Notes: generated by a model not told the origin, from the sequence alone. Counted from the first letter of the stretch, positions 28,769 to 38,965 are shown. The stretch is DNA of 64,000 bases from Candidatus Poribacteria bacterium (GCA_965198235.1 OZ240248.1:4256001-4320000), one strand, 5' to 3'. Translations and numbers: made by a program.

Positions 28769-29446
28769 CTAAATTTTCCACACCTCTTGCGTGTAAGCCA
28801 TCTCCCAAAAAAGGTACTCATAACGGCTACTCAACAAGAAATAGTTCTTAATCCGTTCTTTTTGAGAGGTGCTATGTTCGGCTGTGAGATTGTTGAGCAG
28901 ACCCCGCAGCGACTTACCCAGCGATAGGAATTCAGGAGAGGCGTACATCTCAATCCATTCCTGATAGAGCGGTTCCGGCGAACCGCCTTGTTCGGCAAGC
29001 GTTGTCCCGATCTCGGCGTAGCCCCACTGACACGGTAGAACCCCCGCAACGACATCCGCCAAAGTCCCGACCTGTGCGACATCGAGCAGATGCCGGGTGT
29101 AAGCATGCGTCGTAGGTGCTATGGGTGCGGCTTCCATCTCAGCGGCGGAGATACCAAATTTCGCACAATACCCACGATGCAAATCCATCTCAGTGTTCAG
29201 TGTTGAATTGAGAAGCCCCGCAAACATCGCCATCGTCGCTTCGTCGGGTGCTTTGATAACACCGTGCGCAAATACACGACTATAGTCCAACAGGAAGAGA
29301 TAGTCCTGAATGAGGTAAAATTTAAATTTTTCTGTGGGGAGACTCCCATCAGCAATACCCCGAACGAACGGATGCTTAAGGTCAGCTTCCCAAATCGGTG
29401 CAGCAGTGTGTCTGAGTTCATCGGTAAATCGTCCATTTTGTGCCAT
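28769..29446 (-). CDS. tenA: Thiaminase II / aminopyrimidine aminohydrolase
   Basis: HPFV, YLIQDYLFL, LPCQWGY, YQEWIEMY, EYLFWEMAY. Confidence 0.92.
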   Translation of the reverse strand: MAQNGRFTDELRHTAAPIWEADLKHPFVRGIADGSLPTEKFKFYLIQDYLFLLDYSRVFAHGVIKAPDEATMAMFAGLLNSTLNTEMDLHRGYCAKFGISAAEMEAAPIAPTTHAYTRHLLDVAQVGTLADVVAGVLPCQWGYAEIGTTLAEQGGSPEPLYQEWIEMYASPEFLSLGKSLRGLLNNLTAEHSTSQKERIKNYFLLSSRYEYLFWEMAYTQEVWKI

Positions 29447-29522
29447 AGTCTTGTTGAAACTCCTTGAAAATATGCTATAATCTTTGCTGTGTATCATATC
29501 CTAACAACAAAAGGATGTCAAA

Positions 29523-30410
29523 ATGTTTGAAAAACTCGGAATAGTAACCAATATCTGGTCTGAAGAGGTAGAAAACGGGGCGCGCTTCGATGAACTTATG
29601 GTGGAATTCGGCGCGAACGGATTTAAGGATATGGAGGTCCGCGAAGGCGATTACCTCCGCAACTCCGAATTCGGGGAACTCATTCAACAACTCGAATCCG
29701 CGATGCCTGACTACACCGCCACAGAATACAAAACTATCTGTGATGCTATCTGGACAGAACAACCTTACGAAACGAAACATTCCTCGCTCTTTGCAGAGGT
29801 TGCATCTTTCGTCCAAAAAGCATCCGGACTTACCTTGAGTTATGCCAGGTCCCATCCTTGGCTCTCATCCCCAAAGGACAGTGAAGCAGACACACAACAG
29901 ATTGTTACGGCGAAGAAGTTGGCATACCTACTCTGCCCAGCGCGACCGCGGCTTCGTCTCGTCGATCCCGACACCGAAGGAGACATCAACGAATCCGCTG
30001 CTATCGCCAACCTAAAGCATTACAATGCACTCTTACCGGACTTTCCGATGATTTTTGCCGTAGAGAACGCTCGACAAACCGCTACACTGACCTTGAAGTT
30101 AGCCGTCGCGGGCGGTGCCAAACTCACCTACGACGAAACAAACACATACCGCGCTGACGGGACAACGGTGAATCCGCCAGACGAATTCTGGGGTGCCGTC
30201 AAAATGGCGGATCTCACCTCGGTCCATTTCAAACAGAAAACCGAAGACGGTGTTCTCTCAGAAGTAGATGACGGCTTTGTCGATTTTCGGGCAATTGCCG
30301 AACGCTTGAAAACACAACACTATACCGGCGATCTGCTACTCGAAAACACTCCGACTGCGCATTCTCTGCAAGATGCCCTGCGGAGTCGAGAGTATCTGCT
30401 CGGTTGCTAA
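29523..30410 (+). CDS. Xylose isomerase-like TIM barrel protein
   Basis: FAVEN, TYD, SVHFK, GFVDF, YTGDLLLE. Confidence 0.65.
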   Translation: MFEKLGIVTNIWSEEVENGARFDELMVEFGANGFKDMEVREGDYLRNSEFGELIQQLESAMPDYTATEYKTICDAIWTEQPYETKHSSLFAEVASFVQKASGLTLSYARSHPWLSSPKDSEADTQQIVTAKKLAYLLCPARPRLRLVDPDTEGDINESAAIANLKHYNALLPDFPMIFAVENARQTATLTLKLAVAGGAKLTYDETNTYRADGTTVNPPDEFWGAVKMADLTSVHFKQKTEDGVLSEVDDGFVDFRAIAERLKTQHYTGDLLLENTPTAHSLQDALRSREYLLGC

Positions 30411-30443
30411 GAAGATATCCACAATACGAGACAGATCACTCAT

Positions 30444-31259
30444 CTACATCGTCTTAAGCTTACCCCACGTGGTAGCGAGTTTCGCTTTCGGAGAAACTGG
30501 CAATATTGTATCTAATCCGAGTTCACGGATCATCTCTGTCTCTTCAAACGTAAGTGCGACACCGTTGAAAAGGGCGACGTGCGTAATCGAAACGGAGAAG
30601 AAGCCACCGGGGAGTTTATTACATTCTAATAGACACCCCATGAGGAGTGGATAAGCCTCCTGCGTCAAGTCATTTCCCTTGATGACCTTCGCGGCAACCT
30701 CTTCGCCATCTCTGTAGATAAAAGAGTCTGCATCGCGTGTGACGACTGCAGCGACAAACTGCCATGTGTTAACCTCCATCGTCCCTGCCGGACTGATGAT
30801 ACTTCCATTATCCGAGCCGTTTGCTGAAGTTTCTAAGCGGATCGCGCCGGGACCGGTGTCACCAATATCGAGAATCCAACCGCCGTTCCAGCACCACGCG
30901 CCTTTGGAGATGATACCTTTTCCATCACCCGGTGCAGCAGGATTCAACCATGCGACTAAAGTAAAATCATTCTCCCCAACGTTGACGGTATCACTGTGCG
31001 GAATCTCAAGATAGTCGTCCTTGCCATCAAATTTGAGGGCTGGACCGAGGTCACTATCTATCCATTTCGGATCCCCCTCGATTGTCCCATCGTTGCCGTT
31101 CCCCGAATGATCCTTTACCGTGTTGCCTTTACCTTCATCAAAGAGCCAGACACCTGCCAAGGTGCCTAAATCTATTTCAGCATAGCCTATCGCCACTGAA
31201 GCAAGCAGCATCCATACAAGGACTATGTATATCCAAGTCGTATTAATTTTCATTCTCAT
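30444..31259 (-). CDS. Secreted LamG domain protein
   Basis: VWLFDEGKG, DHSGNGNDG, ALKFDG, WQFVA; C-terminal AKLATTWGKLK. Confidence 0.85.
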   Translation of the reverse strand: MRMKINTTWIYIVLVWMLLASVAIGYAEIDLGTLAGVWLFDEGKGNTVKDHSGNGNDGTIEGDPKWIDSDLGPALKFDGKDDYLEIPHSDTVNVGENDFTLVAWLNPAAPGDGKGIISKGAWCWNGGWILDIGDTGPGAIRLETSANGSDNGSIISPAGTMEVNTWQFVAAVVTRDADSFIYRDGEEVAAKVIKGNDLTQEAYPLLMGCLLECNKLPGGFFSVSITHVALFNGVALTFEETEMIRELGLDTILPVSPKAKLATTWGKLKTM

Positions 31260-33358
31260 TCTCCTTTTGACAGCCGTTTAATCGTAAATCCGTTCCACAC
31301 CCAACGTTTTTTATCTGTATAAATCACTTGGGTTAGACGCTCGTCGGTAATAGTAACAGTGTATCGTCTCTCCGCAGATTCATCCGCTGAGGTAAGACGT
31401 AGTTTCTGGAATTTCTTTTCGCCGTTCGCAATCAGGTTAATCTCCACCGGTGCAACGATCCCCGCGTAGAAATAACACGTTATCTCATAAGTGCCATTGG
31501 GGAGTGCGATTCTGAAAACACCATCCTCTTCACCCCAGAGGTTATCTTGATACAGAAGAAGATTCGGTTCACCTACTGCCAAGACCTCGCGTATGTCCCG
31601 CGCAGATTTCGTGTTTTCGGTATGCCAATATTTGAGTTCAAAACCACCTCCGCCGGTTCTGAATCTATCCTGCACAGATTTCGACATCCAACCATACCGA
31701 CCGTCTGTATAGCCCGTGTCCTTGTATATAAGGATGTGCCCTGGAGCAGTCTCTGCATCGCGCGGTTGCATGTCGAACGTGATTGCAGTCGTGTCCTGCC
31801 ATAATTGCGCGTCTGGTGCTGCTCTCTTTCGCCGGTAAAGCCGATTAAAGTTAGTTGAATGGATCACTTCATAATCTTGAACAAGATCTCCAACACCATC
31901 ATACTCTGTTCGCCAAACAAGGACATAGTCCGCCGGCATTTTCCTGTTCTTGTAGCGCAGCGGAAAATGATCCGTGCTGGGCTCATAGTTCTGAAGATAC
32001 ACAACACCGTTCTCTAACGCCAGATAACCCTCTATATGCTCAAACGGAAGAATGTATTTAAAATCCCAATTAGCCGAATCAGGTGTCCCTCCCCATGAAC
32101 CCGGACGACTTGCGAGAACAGTATTCGGTTCTATCATCTGCGCTGATGAAAGTGCTTCTTTAGCGTCTCTGTCCATCAGATAGTAGGTTTGAACGTGATA
32201 GCCGAGATGCCATAGTGCTAAAACAATCAGGATTCCACCAAAGGCATAGTCAACGAATCTATGAAAGCTAAAACTAAAGAACGGAAGCAGCGCGAGTAAA
32301 ATATAGATATGTATCCGATCGCTGATCCACATACCACCAGAGCGCAAACTCCACGGGGATTTGAAATAGATGAAGGTTAGTATGAGAGCAATCAGCAAAA
32401 ACGCGTCCGTCCGATCCACAATTGCGGTAACACCTCCATACCCTCCGCTTTCCGATTTCGACGAGGCACGGAGCGCATAGATTTTGCGTACCCTGTCGAT
32501 TATGGTGAGCAAAAAGGCGATAGTAAGCACAACGAGGAGAAGGTTGCCTATTAGGATATGGGCATCCCGAAAGGAGACAATGGAACCGATGGAGAGAAAG
32601 TACTTCATTAATCCTTCAAAACTCCTATGGAAACCACCTCCCTCTCGTTTCACAAGATAGTAGGACAACAGGATTACATAAGCAGGGAGCATAGAACCCA
32701 AGAAAAGCAAGATAGGTTTCAGCTGCGTAGCTAACCGCACACGAGGAGATTCTAAGACTTCATAAATATAGAGGAAAACACCGAGGAACGTTAGGGATAC
32801 TGTAAGCAGGGCGTAGGATTGAAAGTGCGTGAGATAGACAACTGTGAGCCATACATAGACCGTGACAAACGCTCTCGGACTGAGTTTATCCTTGCATCGC
32901 CACCACCCCCCAAGTGCGAAAAAAAACAGTGAAACACTCAAAGCGAAGTTATAGAACCCCATGTGAAGCAAATAGTTATAGGCAAAAATGAAACCGACCA
33001 AGCAGAAGAGCGTCTTACTTTTCTGAATACCGTTGAGGAGATAGAGGAGGGAAAGCGGTAGGAGTCCTATGCAGAGGCTAAAAAATATCTTTTCGCATAC
33101 AAGCGGCGGAAAGATATACATGAGACCTGCCATCAGTGCGTGGGATGTCCAATTCGGAAAAAGCGTCGGATTAAGTTCGTAAACTTCCCGCAGCATGTAG
33201 TTTTCGTGATTGTGATATACCTTTAAGACGTGTGCGTTATGGGCATGGGCTGGTCCATCCTGAGTGCAGGTATATTTGAACAGCCAAACGGGCAGAATAT
33301 GCACCACCAAAAGCACAATCACGACAATGTGCTGGATAGATAATCGACGCGCCTTCAT
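31256..33358 (-). CDS. Polytopic membrane protein (GT-C-like) with C-terminal galactose-binding-like beta-sandwich
   Basis: TQDGPAH after TM1, PNW, MGFYNF, about 12 TM segments; C-terminal TFDMQP..GRYGW..FRIALPNGTYEIT. Confidence 0.55.
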   Translation of the reverse strand: MKARRLSIQHIVVIVLLVVHILPVWLFKYTCTQDGPAHAHNAHVLKVYHNHENYMLREVYELNPTLFPNWTSHALMAGLMYIFPPLVCEKIFFSLCIGLLPLSLLYLLNGIQKSKTLFCLVGFIFAYNYLLHMGFYNFALSVSLFFFALGGWWRCKDKLSPRAFVTVYVWLTVVYLTHFQSYALLTVSLTFLGVFLYIYEVLESPRVRLATQLKPILLFLGSMLPAYVILLSYYLVKREGGGFHRSFEGLMKYFLSIGSIVSFRDAHILIGNLLLVVLTIAFLLTIIDRVRKIYALRASSKSESGGYGGVTAIVDRTDAFLLIALILTFIYFKSPWSLRSGGMWISDRIHIYILLALLPFFSFSFHRFVDYAFGGILIVLALWHLGYHVQTYYLMDRDAKEALSSAQMIEPNTVLASRPGSWGGTPDSANWDFKYILPFEHIEGYLALENGVVYLQNYEPSTDHFPLRYKNRKMPADYVLVWRTEYDGVGDLVQDYEVIHSTNFNRLYRRKRAAPDAQLWQDTTAITFDMQPRDAETAPGHILIYKDTGYTDGRYGWMSKSVQDRFRTGGGGFELKYWHTENTKSARDIREVLAVGEPNLLLYQDNLWGEEDGVFRIALPNGTYEITCYFYAGIVAPVEINLIANGEKKFQKLRLTSADESAERRYTVTITDERLTQVIYTDKKRWVWNGFTIKRLSKGE

Positions 33359-33545
33359 AATTGTCTCGCTCTTAGACAGCCACCTTTTGCATAAATAGAA
33401 CCGAATGTTGCTATTCTACAAGAACTGAGCCGCGGGGTCAATAGAAATCGTGAGGACATAGAGTTTATACAAATTGCTCCGCTGCTGGCGCGGTTTGACC
33501 TCCCCTAACAGCGGAGCGTATTACAAACAAATGTAACTGTATAAA

Positions 33546-34388
33546 CTAAAATGCGGTTTGAGTTCGTGTATCTTCTGCCTGCGTGTCACTCGAAGATGCA
33601 GCTTCTTGATTCTCGGGTTCCTCAGGTGCTGGAACTTCGCTCTCCTGGGAAGCCATCGTTAATTGCTTTATACGCTCGCACAGTTCATCTAACAACTGTG
33701 GTGACGTTTCGGCTGCCTTCAGTTCAGCAGAAAGCTGCGTCCACTGCATCTCGCTCATATCGTTCCGAGATTCCACACCATATTTACGTTTGATGTAATT
33801 CCAGAGATCTGCCTTATCGATGCCTTTCCCTTCAAGCGGTCCCGCCAGATTGTTAGCGATTGCAAAAGCCGCTTTTTGGGCGTTAGCGATATTTCCACCA
33901 CCCTGTTGTAACTGCGGTTGTTGCGTCGCATTACCACTCCCTGTTTTTCGGTTCAGATAGAAATTCAGTACCTCGCGGATGACCGGCACGGGTATCAACT
34001 GTTTAATTGCGTTGCGTTGCGCTTTATGAATTGCTTTGGTGAACGCGAACGGATCGGAGCGTCCGCCAGCCATCTTCAGTTGCTCATACGCGCCGTAACG
34101 AGACGAACCCGTGATTGTATCGACTGCTTTCGCAGTAGCAATCCAAGAATGCTCGCGTTCCTCATAATCGATCTCTTCGATCTGGATACCGCCCCGGCGA
34201 TTTGCGGCTTCGTTAATACCGGCTAAGGTCAACCCTTCAACAGTACGACCACCCTGTTTGAAGGAATAGACATAATCCTGAATCGTCTGTCCAGTCATCA
34301 ACTCAATGATAGCCTGGTCATCCACCTGATCGACGACCTCATATTCAGCGGCAACTGGAACCATTTCGTTGTTTTTTTCTTCAGCCAT
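33546..34388 (-). CDS. Putative Rad52/RecT-like single-strand annealing protein
   Basis: Beta-beta-beta-helix core ending FAFTKAIHKAQRNAIKQLIP, Q-rich linker, small helical C-terminal domain. Confidence 0.5.
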   Translation of the reverse strand: MAEEKNNEMVPVAAEYEVVDQVDDQAIIELMTGQTIQDYVYSFKQGGRTVEGLTLAGINEAANRRGGIQIEEIDYEEREHSWIATAKAVDTITGSSRYGAYEQLKMAGGRSDPFAFTKAIHKAQRNAIKQLIPVPVIREVLNFYLNRKTGSGNATQQPQLQQGGGNIANAQKAAFAIANNLAGPLEGKGIDKADLWNYIKRKYGVESRNDMSEMQWTQLSAELKAAETSPQLLDELCERIKQLTMASQESEVPAPEEPENQEAASSSDTQAEDTRTQTAF

Positions 34389-34472
34389 GATGTCCTCCGA
34401 TTTTTAAATATACAACCTAAATATACAATTAGTATAACATATCATTAGATATATATCAAAAAAAAATGCTAT

Positions 34473-35282
34473 TTAATCGTCGGCAATGCCCGTAGTGATC
34501 TCGACCTGTTCTTTGTCTGTTACGATCCGTTCAATGTAGAGTGTGAACGTATACGTCTGATGGTTTTCGTATTTTTGAAGGTTTGAAGGAAAGAAACCAC
34601 CCCCTGCCACATCATCTACAATCCAAAATGTCACGTTTCTATTATTCGTGTCAAGCGTCATCGCGCCTGAATAATTTTTTACCAATTCGGGGTCTACATC
34701 ATCTCGAATCCCCAGCAGTTCATTTAGCCTCTTAAGTGAAACGGTCTCATTGTGAAGGCGCACTGTTTTTCCGACATAAGTTTGACCAGCAGCCACAATC
34801 TGTTCAAGTGTCGTGTCGATAACTTCAACATCCGCTTTCGCGGTGTGTTCAGGAACATCAGACCAAATGGTGAAGAAACGCTCTCCGTCTGTAGTTGTGC
34901 CCTCGGAAATATCTTTTATAAGGAGTGTGAAAGTGTAAGTTGTATGACCCCGAATATGTCCGAGATCGCTCCCCATGTAATTTGAATAATAGTGGCGCAG
35001 AAACTTAGCGTTCGAGTCTGTGATGAAAAAACGGACTTTATTGTGATGCGTAAACAATTCTAACGTTGGGGGAACCCCATCAGCACTCGGATAAATTCTG
35101 CCAGCAGCGGTAATCGTAACCTTCTGTCCCTTGTATTTTGAGTTGATGCCGTTTACTGCAACATCGCTGACAATATCAGTGAGTGTGACAGGTTCGACGT
35201 TGAGGGTTTTCGGATGAAATTTCGCACAACCCCCAAATATAAAAATAGCAAAGCAAGCACATAAAGATGTAAAAAGTTTCAT
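34473..35282 (-). CDS. Hypothetical lipoprotein with an internally duplicated domain
   Basis: Lipobox IFGGC; two repeats (YKGQKVTI..TYTFTLLIKDI and YVGKTVRL..TYTFTLYIERI). Confidence 0.65.
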   Translation of the reverse strand: MKLFTSLCACFAIFIFGGCAKFHPKTLNVEPVTLTDIVSDVAVNGINSKYKGQKVTITAAGRIYPSADGVPPTLELFTHHNKVRFFITDSNAKFLRHYYSNYMGSDLGHIRGHTTYTFTLLIKDISEGTTTDGERFFTIWSDVPEHTAKADVEVIDTTLEQIVAAGQTYVGKTVRLHNETVSLKRLNELLGIRDDVDPELVKNYSGAMTLDTNNRNVTFWIVDDVAGGGFFPSNLQKYENHQTYTFTLYIERIVTDKEQVEITTGIADD

Positions 35283-35283
35283 G

Positions 35284-35416
35284 TTTTTTAATTATACCTT
35301 GCGGTTAAATAGCGTGTGTTAGAACTATCAGATGCGTTCCTTAAATCTGAAGAAACACCCAGGCAATACGCAGAAATACCCAAGCAAAAACACCCTGCGC
35401 CGTTGTTGCAGGCTAC
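35284..35416 (-). repeat. GTAG-hairpin element ending CCGCAAGGTATAATTAAAAAA just before an ATG, carrying a low-complexity insert
   Basis: GTAGCCTGCAACAACGGCGCAGG-[GTGTTTTTGCTTGGG...]-...AACCGCAAGGTATAATTAAAAAA-C-ATG. Confidence 0.78.
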
Positions 35417-35509
35417 CGTTTGGTTTAAGAATTATAACGACTTCTATTTAACATGTCAAATTATACGGGAAACTCATCCAATTCGCTCAAAAAACATCAC
35501 TCTATAAAG

Positions 35510-35538
35510 TTGATCTTCATTCCGAATTCTGCTATAAT
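35510..35538 (+). promoter_or_regulatory. Sigma70-type promoter
   Basis: TTGATC-N17-TATAAT with extended -10 TG. Confidence 0.6.
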
Positions 35539-35572
35539 AGCAATAAACCAAGCATCGGAGCATTGACGAACA

Positions 35573-37177
35573 GTGATAACTCCACTTCTCCACATGCAAG
35601 CAATTACCAAAGACTTTCCCGGCGTGCGTGCCTTAGATAACGTCTCTTTCGAGGTGCATCCGGGTGAAATTCATGCCTTGTGTGGAGAAAACGGCGCGGG
35701 CAAATCAACATTGATTAAGATTCTCGGCGGCGTTTACCCATCCGGAACCTACGAGGGACAACTGCACATTAATGGAAACGAGCAGCAGTTCCATACCGTG
35801 CGCGACGCAGAACACGCCGGGATCGCCGTTATTCATCAGGAACTGGCGCTTATTCCAGAGATGACGGTCGCCGAGAATATCTATCTCGGCAAAGAGCCGT
35901 GCCAATTTGGCACTATTGACAGGCATCGTCTCTATCACGAAGCGGATGAACTCCTCTCGCAGTTCGGATTGGCGATTCCACTCCATAAACCCGTCCATGA
36001 ACTCGGTATCGGACAACAACAACTCGTAGAAATCGCGAAGGCCTTAGGGCGTAGTTTGCAAGCCCATATTGAGCAGCGACGCAGCTTGCAAGCCAACATC
36101 AACACGTCAAGCAATGCACTGTTACTTGTGCTTGACGAACCGACAGCCGCCTTGACCGAGAGCGAGGTAGACATCCTCCAGCAAATTTTGACCCAACTTC
36201 AAGAAAAGGGTGTAGCCTGTATCTACATCACCCATAAACTCAAGGAAATTTTTCAAATCGCTGACCGCGTGACGGTGCTACGGGACGGCAAAACCGTCGC
36301 AACGCAATCCATTAAATCATCTGAATGCACCGAAGAAATGCTCATTTCACAAATGGTCGGACGCGAGTTAACCGCTCTCTTTCCGAAAAGGCGAACAATC
36401 TCTACCCTTGAAAACGGGTCAAGCCAAGAAGATGTAGCCCTCCGAGTGGAAAACTTAAGCACCTATCCCTCAGAACCGCCGCAGCTTGAAGACATAAATT
36501 TTCAGGTGCGACGCGGGGAAATCCTCGGCATCGCAGGCTTAATGGGCGCAGGAAGGACAGAATTGATTAGTACCATTTTCGGTGCTTACGACGGTAGATG
36601 GAGCGGAGAAATCGTTATAGATGGTGCCGCTGTTCAGATTCACTCCCCGCTCGAGGCAATACAGCACGGAATGGCACTCGTCAGCGAGGATCGGAAACGC
36701 TACGGCCTCCTCTTAGACGTAGATGTCGTTCGGAACATAACGCTTGCGAGTCTCGATTCATCGTCAGACATCACGTCACACGGGATAATCAATGATAACG
36801 AAGCACTTAAAACAAGTGAGTACTACGTAGATTCCCTCCAGATTAAGACAACTTCGCTCGAAGTCCCTGTGAACCACCTCAGCGGTGGAAATCAACAGAA
36901 AGTCGTTCTCGGCAAATGGTTGATGACACATCCGAAGGTGCTATTTCTCGATGAACCGACACGCGGCATTGATGTCGGTGCGAAAGCAGAAATTCACATG
37001 CTGATGGCAAAACTCGCACAAGAGGGTGTCGCAATCGTGTTTGTATCCTCCGAGCTCCCAGAAATCCTTGGTATGAGCGATCGGGTCATGGTCCTACATG
37101 AAGGCAAGATCACGGGTGAATTCATCAACGATAATCTGACACAAGAGGAAATTTTGCGATGTGCAGCCGGAGCCTGA
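35573..37177 (+). CDS. Sugar ABC transporter ATP-binding protein (XylG/RbsA-like)
   Basis: GENGAGKST, IHQEL, LDEPT, GLMGAGRTE, LSGGNQQKV, DEPTRGIDVGAK. Confidence 0.92.
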   Translation: MITPLLHMQAITKDFPGVRALDNVSFEVHPGEIHALCGENGAGKSTLIKILGGVYPSGTYEGQLHINGNEQQFHTVRDAEHAGIAVIHQELALIPEMTVAENIYLGKEPCQFGTIDRHRLYHEADELLSQFGLAIPLHKPVHELGIGQQQLVEIAKALGRSLQAHIEQRRSLQANINTSSNALLLVLDEPTAALTESEVDILQQILTQLQEKGVACIYITHKLKEIFQIADRVTVLRDGKTVATQSIKSSECTEEMLISQMVGRELTALFPKRRTISTLENGSSQEDVALRVENLSTYPSEPPQLEDINFQVRRGEILGIAGLMGAGRTELISTIFGAYDGRWSGEIVIDGAAVQIHSPLEAIQHGMALVSEDRKRYGLLLDVDVVRNITLASLDSSSDITSHGIINDNEALKTSEYYVDSLQIKTTSLEVPVNHLSGGNQQKVVLGKWLMTHPKVLFLDEPTRGIDVGAKAEIHMLMAKLAQEGVAIVFVSSELPEILGMSDRVMVLHEGKITGEFINDNLTQEEILRCAAGA

Positions 37178-37218
37178 AAGCTTTATAACCTCAACTTCAC
37201 GCGAAATCGCAACGACAA

Positions 37219-37719
37219 ATGGAAAACAGAAATCAGACCTTTAAAACAGAAAGCCCAGAGGAAACGCAAATCCTCGGTGAAAAATTGGGCAAAACGCTCA
37301 AGCAGGGCGATGTCATCGCACTCGTCGGGGACCTTGGTACTGGCAAAACCTGTTTGACACAAGGCATCGCACGCGGCATCGGCATCGCGCCAGATGAGGT
37401 CGTCAACAGCCCTTCCTATATTCTGATTAACGAATACAATGGGGCAATACCGATCTATCACATCGATCTGTACCGACTCGAAGACAGCGAGGAGATCGCC
37501 GAACTCGGACTTAGCGAATATATAGAAGGCGATGGAATTTGTATCATTGAGTGGGCAGAGCGGATGACAGACACACTGCCTGATACCTGTATAAAGATAC
37601 ACATAACGCTTGCAGACGCAAACGCCTCACACGGCGGTGAAGTCTATGAGTCTATACCACAAAACCCTGAAGATGAAAACATCCGACACATCGAAATCCA
37701 ATATCCTATATCTCGATAG
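37219..37719 (+). CDS. tsaE: tRNA threonylcarbamoyladenosine biosynthesis ATPase TsaE
   Basis: GDLGTGKT, SPSY, HIDLYRL, IEWAE. Confidence 0.93.
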   Translation: MENRNQTFKTESPEETQILGEKLGKTLKQGDVIALVGDLGTGKTCLTQGIARGIGIAPDEVVNSPSYILINEYNGAIPIYHIDLYRLEDSEEIAELGLSEYIEGDGICIIEWAERMTDTLPDTCIKIHITLADANASHGGEVYESIPQNPEDENIRHIEIQYPISR

Positions 37720-38944
37720 TGGTTCGGGCATCGGGGGTGGACAACGAAGCCTCCTGCTTTTGCTCAATCTATTAGATAAGGATCGCTTTACGCCTTTTGT
37801 GGGGTGCCTTGGCGATAGCCCTTTTGCCGCGGAAGCAGAAAAGACTGAGGCAAGTGTCGTCCCACTGTCTCTACCCGCCGCGCACAACAAAACCGATTCT
37901 TCATATAGTACTTCGATTAGGCAGGTCTGGCATGAGCGTGCCCGTGCGTATCTCGTCGGAGATTTCTCGGCTAAAAGGGATAAGAGTCGGCGATTTACCT
38001 TCCGCGATTTACTTGAAGACTTCCAGCAGCTTGGGGTTATCCTCCAACTCCATCGGATGGTAAAGCGGCATGCGATTGATCTCATTCACGCAAACTCGCT
38101 TTCGGTGGCACTGCTCGGCGGCATCGTTGCGAGGATAAACCGTATCCCCATCCTGATGCACAAACGCTACGCTACTTCCTATGGCATTTTGGATCGGATC
38201 TGCGAAAGACTTTTGCACCGCGTGATTCTCGTCTCGGAGGCAACACGCTGGAATTTTGCGCCTACAGCAAAGCAGACGTTAATCTATAATGGTGCCGACT
38301 TAGACGCTTTTCAAGCATCCCCAAAAGAAGTGGAAACCCTCCGAGCAGAACTCCTTCCCGATGCGTCTGACGCTTCAATACTCACCGGAGTCGTGACTCG
38401 GATTACACCAGAGAAAGGTATCCACTTTTTAGTCAGAGCGATAGCAGAACTCAAAGGGCTTTCCTCAATGACTGGGGCAGACATTAAACTTCTTATCGTC
38501 GGCGGTCCTTACTTCCAAAAAGATGTTGACTATATGAACGAATTAAAACAGGAGGTCGTAGATTTAGACGTTGAAGGCTCCGTCGTTTTCACTGGATTCC
38601 TGCCGGATACGCGGGTTGTCACAAGCCTGCTCGACATCGTGTTGGTGCCATCTATTATCCCAGAAGCATGCCCGCGCACCATCATTGAGGCGATGGCAGT
38701 CGGCAAACCGGTCATTTCCACACCACTCGGCGGGAGCAAGGAACTCGTCACACCCGAAACAGGGATCTTAGTGCCACCTGAAGACGCATCGGCGATTGCG
38801 GATGCTATCGCAACGCTGGTAACCAATCAAGAACAATTGAAAGCAATGGGAAAAGCCTCCCGCAATCGTGCCGAGCAGTTGTTTAGCAGCGAAAAGAACA
38901 CCGCTTTGACGGAGGCTGTCTACGCTGAACTGCTAACAGCATGA
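37673..38944 (+). CDS. Glycosyltransferase family 4
   Basis: GGGQRS, IHAN, IYNG, RITPEKG, EACPRTIIEAMAVGKPVI. Confidence 0.88.
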   Translation: MKTSDTSKSNILYLDSGSGIGGGQRSLLLLLNLLDKDRFTPFVGCLGDSPFAAEAEKTEASVVPLSLPAAHNKTDSSYSTSIRQVWHERARAYLVGDFSAKRDKSRRFTFRDLLEDFQQLGVILQLHRMVKRHAIDLIHANSLSVALLGGIVARINRIPILMHKRYATSYGILDRICERLLHRVILVSEATRWNFAPTAKQTLIYNGADLDAFQASPKEVETLRAELLPDASDASILTGVVTRITPEKGIHFLVRAIAELKGLSSMTGADIKLLIVGGPYFQKDVDYMNELKQEVVDLDVEGSVVFTGFLPDTRVVTSLLDIVLVPSIIPEACPRTIIEAMAVGKPVISTPLGGSKELVTPETGILVPPEDASAIADAIATLVTNQEQLKAMGKASRNRAEQLFSSEKNTALTEAVYAELLTA

Positions 38945-38965
38945 TAAGAGGTCTCCGCGTTCCCA

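Noticed and set aside
29447-29522. TPP riboswitch upstream of tenA (also checked yjbQ and thiN)
   Set aside because: Intergenic space is too short and lacks the CTGAGA and related TPP motifs
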